A stretch of DNA of 64,000 nucleotides from Octopus sinensis (taxonomy: Eukaryota). The notes under the pieces are model-generated. The model had not been told where the DNA came from, made no database searches, and saw only the letters and a program-made list of their open reading frames with translations. The position numbers and the translations under genes are program-made. Below, piece after piece: positions 53,339-64,000 of this stretch (the stretch's first letter is position 1; every line of letters begins with the position of its first letter). Location: the NCBI RefSeq assembly GCF_006345805.1, contig NC_043001.1, forward strand, positions 72,912,001 to 72,976,000, given 5' to 3'.

Positions 53339-54113
53339 TGATGATGATGATTGTGTCATTCTCATCTGCTACATTACTTACAATATAAATTAGTTCACTA
53401 TTTAAAATTTACCAGAGTTCTTTAAAAACAATGATAAAAATATTTTTTAATGATGGTCACAGATTTGAAGGGAAAGAAGAAACTCAGTTGTATTGACCCT
53501 ATCCAGTACTTTCATTGGCCTCTTCAAGGCAGTTAGTAGTAGTTCTTTATGTCAACTAACTTTTTGTCAACTACAACTTCAATTTTTAGCTTTTCAATGG
53601 CACTGATTGTTCACCAATACATCAAGCTCTTCCTGGAAAAAGGGAGACATAAAATTGTCAGATTTAGCTCACACACTGTATGTGTGTGAACCAAACAATT
53701 TAGAATGACTCTTGTCATTTATTAATACTGTTGTTGTTCTTGTTGCTAGTCAAGGAATAATAAAGATTGTCAACAAGAGTGTCCAGCTTTAAAATTTTGT
53801 CTCAAATATGTCCTCTGTCTGACCCATGCTAGTATGGAAGCACAGATGTCAAACATGAATAGTTCTACTTCAAGCTGATAAAAGCATGATTTAACTATGT
53901 GAAGTTGGTCTTTAGTCTTTGCCAAGTTGCTTTGTTTAGCTTTTATTCTATAGCTGTAGTTTTAACATCACTACATGTAGCTATTTTGTTAATAATGCAA
54001 AACTAGATATCTCTAACTCCTCACCTCCATAAATTTTCTTGTCATTTCAACACATATATACACACACACATATAAACTTACATATTTTATACCTCTAGAT
54101 ACATATACATATA

Positions 54114-54334
54114 TGTGAGAAGGTGCTGAAAAATTCCTGGCTTTAAGGGTATCTTGAAAGGCCTGGTTGGAGACCCAATTTTCTGATTTCTCTTACAGGG
54201 TTTAGAAAAACTGAAGGACTGCTGCTATAAGTGTGTGAATTTAAGGGGGGAATATGTCAAATAAAATCATAATTAATTGATCCTGCTGTATTTTCTTTTA
54301 CCTAAAACCAAGAACTTTTCAGCACACCCTCATA
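54114..54334. mobile_element. Mariner-derived MITE, second copy
   Basis: GAGAAGGTGCTGAAAAATTCCTGG...AGAACTTTTCAGCACACCCTCAta; body matches 10768-10981. Confidence 0.8.
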
Positions 54335-54989
54335 TTTGCACACACACACACACACACGTGTGCTTGCGTTTGTATTCTATTCACCAAAAAAATCTAATGT
54401 GTGAATAGAACAATACTGTAAAATGGAAAAAAATAAGATGCACCTATGTATACATAATTGATTATGTTGGAAAACTAGAAATAAGATAGTCTGTTTCTGC
54501 CATCTTGACATCCCCCTTGCATCCACCCATACATATGTAGACACACAAATAGATCATCTTTGGTTTGGATGTGGAGTACATTGTTTATCAGAAACATTCA
54601 TTATACATTCTTGTGCAAATGAGGCTGGGGTGGGGTGTAACTTAATTAGGATTTAAGCATGATCTTTTCTTTTTTCTAACCATACTATACTATGTTCTGA
54701 TTGATCAGTTTTGAAACTGGTGATGGTTTTGTTGATGGTGGTGGTGGTGTTGTCCTCTGGCCATACATCATCTGTTGTTGTCCTGGCCATTTTCATAGTC
54801 TGTGATTTGAGGAAGGTTTGACTACTGCTTCTAATTGAACAAGCAATCGTGTATATACAAGGGTGTTTCAAGTAATGCAATTTTTATTTGCATTATTTTC
54901 TAGACTCACTCTGTCTGTGTGTGTGTAGGTGTCTTCATTGGCTCTCAACAAACTATTAGTCTCTAATTTGTTGTTAGTTGGTGTTGTTG

Positions 54990-55021
<32 letters not shown>

Positions 55022-55760
55022 GTTTAGGTCTTGGCCAGCTCTGGTCAAGCATATCTATGATCAAAGGTATTCTGGACTTGATAACCTTGTCTTTTTTTCG
55101 TATATCTAAAAATAAAATGTTCAATGTATGTTTTTTTTAAAGACAAGGTGTGATTTGAAGAAGATTTGGCTGCTGTTTCTTACAGGATTATTGATCATGC
55201 AAAGGCTCTTTCATTAGGTTGTTTGCTGCATGTAGTCCTCAGTATCAGTCAACCATCTGAGCCATCAATGGTTGATACTATATCAGTTTTCAAGACACTA
55301 GTTTTTACCTTGCTGAATGACACATACAAAGTATATTTCTATAGGTGACAGTGGTAGCATTGTAAAATTAAGATGTGTTTTATCAACTCCAATACTCTCT
55401 GTCCTATATTGAGAGATAGAAGGGATGTCTGTGCCCTTTTTTCAGGAGTGGGATAGTTTGGTGTGGGTCTATCAAACAGTTGTGTAAAATATACAAGACT
55501 GCTCTTCACCCATTTGTTACTACATTTCTGTTGAAACAACTGCCTCTATTTCAGTTAATGCTAAAAAAAAAAAAGATTAAGGATTTAGGAAAATATCTTT
55601 CTCGTTATTAAGTTGGTGTTTGAAACATGAATTAACATGGAATTTTGATGGAGGGTTTTAAATTCAAATCACTTTCAAACAAAGAACTTGTATCATAGAA
55701 CAAAGCAGCAATCTCTGGTGAGTTACTGAACGCAAAGACTGATAGTCATACAATATTTAA

Positions 55761-55989
55761 CCCTTTTGTTACCATATTTCTGATGAAATATACTGTCTTT
55801 GCTTCAATTAATTTTGAAAAATTTGATAAAATAACTTTTCCATTACTAAGCTGTTTGGAACATAAATTAATATGAACTTCTGATAGAAGAAAGTTTTATT
55901 ATTGTTTTTTTTTGTTTTAGATCACTTTAAAGCAGGAAGTTTATATGATAAATGCAGAGGTGGTCTTATTTGGTTTGATATCAAAAGGA
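55761..55989. mobile_element. piggyBac-like MITE (family 2)
   Basis: TTAA-CCCTTTTGTTACCA...TGATATCAAAAGGA-TTAA; related copies at about 26145-26460, 34088-34320, 34600-34746, 47660-47876 and 55508-55730. Confidence 0.7.
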
Positions 55990-56136
55990 TTAAGGCCCAT
56001 CATTCTTAACTGGGTGGGGTAGAATTTAGAATTTCAGAGGAAAATTTGGGGATTCCAGTGAGGAAATTGGTTTGGAGTTCAGAAATTCTCCTTCAATATT
56101 TACATTTTCTTTTGCATTTCTAATTTTTTTTTTTCT

Positions 56137-56532
56137 TTTTTACTCTTTTACTTGATTCAGTCATTTGACTGCGGCCATGCTGGAGCACCGCCTTTAGTCA
56201 AGCAAATCGGCCCCAGGATTTATTCTTTGTAAGCCTAGTACTTATTCTATCAGCCTCTTTTGCCGAACCGCTAAGTTACGGGGACATAAACACACCAGCA
56301 TTGGTTGTCAAGCGATGTTGGGGGGGACAAACGCAGAAACACACACACACACATACATATACATATATAAGACGGGCTTCTTTCAGTTTCCGTCTACCAA
56401 ATCTACTCACAAAGCTTTGGTCAGCCCAAGGCTATAGTAGAAGACACTTGCCCAAAGTGCCACGCAGTGGGGCTGAACCCAGAACTATGTTGTTGGTAAG
56501 CAAGCTACTTACCACACAGCCACTCCTGCACC
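56137..56532 (-). mobile_element. SINE family A, well-preserved full-length copy
   Basis: Reverse complement has a tRNA-like head GGTGCAGGAGTGGCTGTGTGGTAAG...GGGTTCAGCCCC, an internal (TG)n and a TAAAAGAG tail; many CpGs retained. Confidence 0.9.
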
Positions 56533-56988
56533 TGTTAATTAATGTTAAGGATGTTAGTGTTAAACAAATAAAAACCTGTTAATGTTATGCAATAAATAAT
56601 GTGTACAAAATAACATTTTTCTTCTGATATGTTTGTGGGGAAATCAGGATAAAGAAATGGTAAAGGAGCAGTGGGGATTACAAGAGAAAAGGTATGAAAC
56701 ATTGCATTTGATAGGGGTATACTGTGTCCCACAAGGTATTTAAAAGTTGGGAAACATTTACCACCAATACCACCTCCTCTTCCACTGAGCTAGCAGTAGG
56801 TAGAAATAAAATTTGTAAGAAACTAGTATTGTTGCTGTTGTTGTTGTTATAGAGTGTGAGAAGGAAGCAGCTTGTGAGATAGTGTTGAGAAAGTTGTTGC
56901 GTAATATGTGAGTCAAGTGTTGTTAAGGAATGTTTTTTTTTTCCACTGTGAACATTTATTTGTGACAATTGACAGATCTGCTCTCTTC

Positions 56989-56992
<4 letters not shown>

Positions 56993-57077
<85 letters not shown>

Positions 57078-57128
57078 CTCTCTCTCCTCTCTCTCTCTCC
57101 TCTCTCTCCTCTCTCTCTCTCTCTCTCT
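56993..57128. repeat. (CT)n microsatellite
   Basis: Direct reading. Confidence 0.98.
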
Positions 57129-58228
57129 GTGGTGGGGGTTGTGAATCTTTCTTTTGTTTATGTTTTTATAAGAATTCATGTTGTTATGATGCTAATTGTG
57201 GGAAGAGTGGTTAGTTGACAGATATGGTAACACCAGATTAAATGTCTTAAAATTTTCTTTTTCTTTTTTGTGCCTTTCACATAATTTTTTAAGATCAAAT
57301 CTTGCCAGGTTTGGGTTCATTCAACTTTGCTGTTCAGCTTACTGAGATCAAATTAAAACAAATACAGCAATGGAATGGTTCTTCAGTTCAATCCCTAGTA
57401 CTCCTCTTTCTTCCTGACAAAATTTGTTTTTGTTGAAAATTACTTTTGTCATGGAGAATGACCAAGATTAGTAAAGAGTAATATCTAATATAGCACCTTG
57501 TGTATCTAGTGTGCAGTACCCTAAGTATCTAGTGTAGTATTGTACCAGATCCATACAGTATCTGGTATATACTACACAGTATTTGGTGTGAACTAAAACT
57601 AAAGTTTTGAACTAAAATTTCATTATGGTTGCTTTCATCCGTCATGGCTCAACAAAGCTATTACTGATTGTATTTCAATTAGTAATTGTTATTCTTATTG
57701 ATTAATGATTTTTTTTTATTATCTATATTTTACACTCCTCTTGCAAACTGGTCTCCTGACAAATGAAACTTGTTAATACTATCGTATAGACTATATAATT
57801 CTTATTAAATACAGTTTGTAATTGGGGCTTCTATCACTATTGACCTTAGAAAGAAAGCTATTAACACACCAGTTTCACATTTCTTGTGTCCTAAACAACA
57901 GACTAAACTTTTATATGTTGGTTTGTCATAAGCAGAAATATAATCACTGGCTGTTTTGATAAGTTAATATTTTGTAATTAAAATATTTATATATACTATT
58001 TTTCACTCGAGGTTCTTTGCTTGTGTGTGCACATGTTCATGCACACACACACACACACACCTTGTTAAGTAATGTACACGCACACACACAATAATGACAG
58101 GCTTCTTGCAGTTTCTGTCTACCAAATCCATTCAAGGCTGAGACTATAGTAGAAGACACCTGCCTAAGGTGCCACACTGTGGGACTGAACCCAGAACCAC
58201 ATGTGTGTGTGTGTATATATATATATAT

Positions 58229-58261
<33 letters not shown>

Positions 58262-58265
58262 AACT

Positions 58266-58351
<86 letters not shown>

Positions 58352-58749
58352 CACACACACATATATATATAAATTACACACACACAGCACCATTTACTGC
58401 CCATGTTCTGTGCTGGCATGGGTTGAACAGTTTGATAGGATCCAATTGATCCAAGGACAGTATCATACTCTACTGTCTACTTTGGCATTATTTCCGCAGC
58501 TTGATGCCCTTCCTAATACCAGTCACTTTACAGCCTGTACTGGGTGCTTTTTTTTTCATGTGTTGAGCACTACCGAGATTACCATGCAGCTTGTAAGACT
58601 GTAGACTTTGCAAGAGATGAGAGGTGAATTATGAGAGAAGGGTGTCATAGCAGAATACATTTTTTTGTTGTGGCCAAGCTATATGGTTACTCACAATATA
58701 GAAGAAAGGGTGGGGAGATCAGAATGGATCGGGGGGGGGGATAAAAATA

Positions 58750-59160
58750 GTGGTGGATGAGGTGTCAGGTGGAATCCTCTACATATGAGGTGAGTGGAAG
58801 TGAGTGGGGACGGAAGAATTGGGAGTGTAGATGGTTGAGGTTTGCCAAACTATTTGGGGAATGGGTGAAGGGTGTGTGAACATAATGAAGAACAGGTGTT
58901 GAAGGGTGGTCAGTAGGGGAAGTATCGAAGAGTAGGTGACAACTGTAGAGTTTAGATAGGGTTGGTTGAGGACTGGGTGTTGTGAGTGGTGGAGGTGACA
59001 ATGATGCATGGGGGTGAAGAGCAAAAGTAGGTGCTGACTGATAATGCTTGGAGTGAAGAACTGTAGAATAGGAATGAGGATACAGTAGTTGGGGTGGGGG
59101 TGGGGGAGAATGTGTGGTTGGGCAGGTTGCAAGAGTATGGTGGAGGTGGAGAGGGCAGCT
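58750..59160 (-). pseudogene. Highly decayed LINE RT fragment
   Basis: LTSYVEDST resembles the SYADD catalytic motif; C/A-rich strand bias like the other LINE remnants. A similar weaker remnant lies at 44650-44880. Confidence 0.4.
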
Positions 59161-59528
59161 GTAGTACAGACCTAATTGTTGAATAATACAGATATGTACT
59201 TCATGAGTCGGGAATATTTTTCTTGCTGCACACCATGGTAAACTTTGTATTTTGTGTTTTAACAGTTTGTGTAGCTGTGCTTTGTTTAAGGAGTTTTGAT
59301 TACTGTCTTAAACTGTATAGACATTATCTTGGTTCTGCAGAAAAGCAGAGAAAGACAAAGGAAATAATTAACTATTGAAATAATATCTACTAATTAATAT
59401 TCATTGATATCATTTATTGCTGTATCTTTTATTTCCAAATATCTTTAGAAATTTTATTGTTCAGTCATCTGGATAAACTTGTAAAACTTTTTGTATTTGT
59501 AAATTTTTGTTTTTATAGTGTAATTATA

Positions 59529-60260
59529 CAGAGTGGCACACAAAAATGTAGTTCCAGTTCTATAGCATAGTGTAAATACAGAAATAAATTTACACACATG
59601 AAAAATCACCCAGCCTTCCATTTGCAAGTGTCCTTGTATTATTCCAACCACTGGTAACTGCTGAACAAAGATGGTGCACTAGTCGACTGTTTGCTACATT
59701 ATCCTCACCACATGTCACTACATTAGTTGATGTAAGATTGCATTAAGTGAACATCTCTAGCCATTTCTGCAAGATGACGTACTCAATATCAGAAAGAGTG
59801 GAGATTGTAGAGGTATATGTGAGAACAGGTTCTGTTTAGCAAATGCATGAAATTTTCAATGTCAAATTTCTGGGCAAAGACTTACTGGCAAAGAGAACAA
59901 GACAAATGTTGATTAAAAAGTGGAATGCTACAGGGTCAGCTCACAGCACCCCCAAACAAAGAGACCTTACAGTTTGAATGCTAGAAGTTAATCAGGACAT
60001 TTGCCAAGTCCAAAGAAGTCAATGTGTAAATTGGCCATATCATTCACATATCATTTCACATATGTACAGCAATTAAAAGTGAATGACAAGAGCAAACAAG
60101 TAAATTAATGCACATGGCTTCTGAATAGCAGTTACAAATGGTCAAAATAACACAATGACACTTGCAAATGGAAGGCTGGGTGCTTTCACATGTGTGTAAA
60201 TTAATTTCTGTATTTACACTACACTATAGAATCCAGGCTACTTTTTTGCATGCTACCCTA
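59529..60260 (+). mobile_element. Internally deleted long-TIR Tc1/mariner element
   Basis: ~135-bp TIRs (59529-59665 vs 60125-60260, e.g. CACCCAGCCTTCCATTTGCAAGTGTC / GACACTTGCAAATGGAAGGCTGGGTG); TA at 59527-28 and 60261-62. Confidence 0.88.
59774..60036 (+). pseudogene. N-terminal HTH (DUF4817-like) of a Tc1/mariner transposase, with stops
   Basis: MTYSISERVEIVEVYVRTGSV*QMHEIFNVKF...LIKKWNATGS...SPKKSMCKLA; absent from the ORF track. Confidence 0.8.
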
Positions 60261-62184
60261 TACTAAACTTCATTTAATATTCAAATTCATTCACATTATT
60301 ATACAATAAGAAGCATATAAGATACAGAAACATCCAAATTTTTTCCTCTAGTTATTCAACAGATAAACTGCAAGGTTTCAGTCTTTGAAATGCCACATAA
60401 GCACTCACTTAACCCATTGTGAATCACTGTGAAAGTAAACTGTACCTGTTGGTATGAGTACTAGGTCTTACATAATAAGGGGACAAGGGAGTAATAGTCT
60501 ATCAAATAGGGACATCTGGGTGAAGATATTATATTTGATGGCTGGTGTGCTGTTCACTAACTGACAGGGTGGACAGACATCACTTGTTCTCAATTGTCTG
60601 ATAAAGGTCACACGAGTGACTTTAATGTCATAACTCTGGTAAACTACTTGAGTGTGTGGGCAAAACTACACGAGGTGGGTTATGTGAACCTCAGCATCAC
60701 TGAGTGAATGACTTCAATGGTAAAATTTCCTGGCTAAAGAGGAAAAAGTTCCCCGACTGAACTATAACATTCTTGTGTTTATGACAAAGGGGAACTACCT
60801 AGTTGGAAGTAATACCAACTGTGGTCAAATGTAGGAAGAGATGAGCACTTACAGGTTCTCATGACCAAGACATGCCATGTGATTTCATAATAATGGAGAA
60901 CAAGCAAAGAGTCATATATGTATATATATAATTAGATGAAATTCTCATTAAATAAATCATTAAACTCTCATTAAATGGTAAGTGTATCATCAAACAACCC
61001 TGGAGTGATGAAAGATAAAATTGACAGTGGCAACGTTTCCATTCCTGCCATTCACTGTTAGCACAGATTTTTCTACATGAACTGTTACATTTATTACCTG
61101 TACTAGCATGACAGCCTGTTTGTGATCAGTCTTTCTCTTTTAAATATGGGAAAGTCACATTAAATATAGAAAAATTAATGGGAGAATGTCCAGAGACACC
61201 TGCTACATGAAACCCATTTAATAAAGTAGTCACTAACATATTTAATATAGTAAACCAAGACATTTTAATTTATTCACTATATCAGGTTAGCACTCTACAA
61301 ATTGTTGATCATACAACAAGCAACCCTGGATATTTACCCAGGTTATTTTTGTAAAGAAATAATAATTGCAGTAACAGATACATTATTCTTCACTGAGGGA
61401 GTTCTAATAAGACAGAAACATGCCTGGATATTTTCTGACAACTATGGACATGTTTCAGGCTGTTTATTTAATCAAGAGAGAAGGTAGTGCTCACAATTCT
61501 TCATAGGGGCCCTAAAACTGGTGGGAGGGAAGGAGGATGGTGTCCTCAAACCAGAGACCTTGCCTGAATGATTCACAACAAGGTGGACTTTGCTGAAGGT
61601 ACCCAAGGACCAGAGTCAGGGTGAAGCTAGGTGACAGGTTAAGTGTACCACTCAAAGTTCAGCATACCACCTAGAAATAAAGTCCACCATCCAAACGTTC
61701 AGTCTACCATATAGAGAGGTTTAGAACCTTAGATGAAATCTACCATCCAAGGATTAAATCTACCATCCAAATGTTCAGATATATCTACCGTTAGACCTCT
61801 TCAACATAGTGTAGTCAAAGATTTTACCTGGAGCAAAAAAGGTACAAAACAATGACCAGTATAATTTACTTGATTAAAAAACAAAAATGAGCTAAGGAAA
61901 ACAACAATGACCTGAATTTGGATAAGAGTGAAGGACTTACTGTCCTTTACCTGCAGACAAAGGTCAGACATTTTTTCCTCTTGAATATGTTAACTTTCAT
62001 AGATTCCTAATCCCTTAAAGTTATCCCCCAATTTTTTTTCATAGTTGCTTACTGTTACCACTAGGTTTTAGTTTTCTTTCCATAACTAAGAGGAAAATTT
62101 AAGTAAGATTTTTTTGCTTATGGCTTTTAGTACATCATTGGCTAGATTTGTACCATTGGGCCATTTTTATTAGCTCATTTTTAA

Positions 62185-62476
62185 TAGACATTTTGTTACC
62201 TTATTGGTAACTTGTTGGTTTATGTACACCCACTCATAGACAAGTTATAACCTTAATGATTTATATACATCCACTTATAATCATTTTACAACATTGTTAG
62301 TTTATTTGCACTCAGTCATATACATTCAGTAAATTTGTTGGTTTATATACACCCACTCATAAGCATTCTATAAAGCACTCGATCATAGACATTTCTTCAC
62401 CACACTGGTTTATACACACCTACTCAAAGACATTTTATAACCTTATTGGTTTATACACATCCAGCCATAGACATTG
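62185..62476. repeat. Degenerate ~41-bp minisatellite, about 7 units
   Basis: Units like TTGGTTTATATACACCCACTCATAGACATTTTATAACCTTA. Confidence 0.8.
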
Positions 62477-63129
62477 CAGCTATCTCAGCATTATAGCCTC
62501 TACCAGGAACTAATTACTTACACACACACTATCATTATGTTCTTGTATGAAACAGTGTTAGATGGAGGGATAGATGTTATTGACCAATCAGAATGGCAGT
62601 GAATTAGCAGAATCATTTGAACATCAGATAGAATGCCTGTTTGTGTTTGGTTATGTACCTTTATGAGTTCAGATCCTACTGAAATCAGTTATGCCTTTCA
62701 TCCTTTGGTAGTTGACTATATAAAGTATCAGTTAAATACTGGGGGTTAAGTGTAATCCATTGTACCCTCCTCCTGAATATGGTGCCTTATGCCAATTTTT
62801 AAAATTGATATTGGGCTTTGAGTAGTTGTATCAGAATCTCTGTACTCTAATGTCCTATTTAGCTGGAGTTTAGTCTCATATCCTCTTAACTACACAAGTG
62901 TTTTACCCAAGAACACAGCACAAAGCACTTCATTTCATGCTCCTTAAGTCTACTCAGCTGAAAATTAGTAGCAGCAACTGCTGGAGGTTAATCCTGTAAA
63001 GGACTGGTGTCTTGTTAAAGGGTGGGTAATATTGTTCTTTCCATCACTTAAGACACCATGTAAAATGGGACAAGCTCTGACCCTGTGAAGTTGTACATTC
63101 ATGGCAGGCCTAAGACCAGTCTGGATAGA

Positions 63130-64000
63130 GATTGTCAGTCACTACACATTTTGTTGGTCACCAGCATGAATACAATATTTCAACTAAAGAATAAGTATAA
63201 AATTACATGGATGCACCCTGGTTCTAAGAAATGGCATCTTATAGATTACATGCTCACCAAGAAACGAGACACTAGGGACTTTGCTGTTGTAAGAGTGATG
63301 CATGGTGCAAAGTGCTGGACTGACCACAGGCTGTTGCGTGCCAAGGTGAATTTTGTTGTCAAGCCTAAGGTTAGAGCAAATAATAAGTTACCTAAACGGA
63401 TTAATGTCGATTATCTTAAGATTCCGTCTGTACACAATGAGTTTGTGAGTGAGATAAATAATTTGTCCTGTGATGGCAGTTGGAAGTCATTCAAAGAAAG
63501 AGTATACAAGGTTTGTAGTAACATTCTTGGCTTTGCTGTAAAAAAATACCAGGATTGGTTTGACAATAACAATGAAAAAGTTAGTCTTATCTTAGAGGAG
63601 AAGCAAAAGGCATTTAACATGTTGCAAAATGTTGACATGTCAGCGAACAGGACATTGGCTACCTAATTCAAGGCAGTAAAAGCAACAGTGAGGATGATGC
63701 ATGAAAATTTGGTGGAGTGATAGATGCAATGAAATCCAAGAAGCTTCAAATGCTAACAATTCCAAACTTTTTTACTCTCTCTTGAAAAAAGTTTATGGAC
63801 CAGTTTCATCAAAGGTTGCACCACTTCGGAACAAGGATGGCACAGAATTATTAACAAATCCTAAGGATATTGTTGGGAGATGGAAAGAACATTTTGATGA
63901 GTTGCTCAATAGACCCACTGAAGTTGACCTCTCTTTCCTTGATAATATACCTGAAAGACCAATAAAACATGTTATAGCAGAAATTCCAAACCTGACTGAA
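63130..64000 (+). mobile_element. RTE-clade LINE (APE endonuclease C-terminus and linker), disrupted; continues beyond the window
   Basis: NTIFQ..TWMHPGSKKWHLIDY..CWTDHRLL..QDWFD; stop at 63664-66; then in another frame WWSDRCNEIQ..LKKVYGP..LRNKDG..RWKEHFDELLN. Confidence 0.92.

Noticed and set aside
51671-53388. Long ORFs up to 312 aa
   Set aside because: Same microsatellite artefact.
56908-57214. SL/RE-repeat ORFs
   Set aside because: (CT)n microsatellite translations.

Overview
AT-rich, repeat-saturated animal genomic DNA with no recognisable host protein-coding exon. It is probably intronic or intergenic cephalopod (Octopus-like) sequence, judged from my recognition of the SINE families and the huge (TA)n/(TATG)n tracts. 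Nearly all listed ORFs are microsatellite or SINE noise. The real coding remnants are all transposon-derived: two R4/Dong-type RLE retroposon 3' ends, an RTE LINE running off the window end, a CR1-type 3' end, I/Jockey-like RT fragments, a full-length decayed Tc1 element and an internally deleted long-TIR Tc1/mariner element. Mariner and piggyBac-like MITEs and many tRNA-derived SINEs are also present. The most notable signal is invisible to the ORF track: several unrelated small non-coding elements next to (TA)n carry type I hammerhead ribozyme motifs (16-107 +, 18988-19060 -, 19724-19771 -, 20325-20372 +, degenerate ones near 24.1-24.5 kb). They occur as a 430-bp direct repeat with an inverted head and as a ~740-bp palindrome, and one shares a structured RNA domain with apparent compensatory changes with copies at 30-31 kb. 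This points to Penelope-like pLTR or retrozyme-type elements. All alignments and folds were done by eye, so boundaries are approximate.
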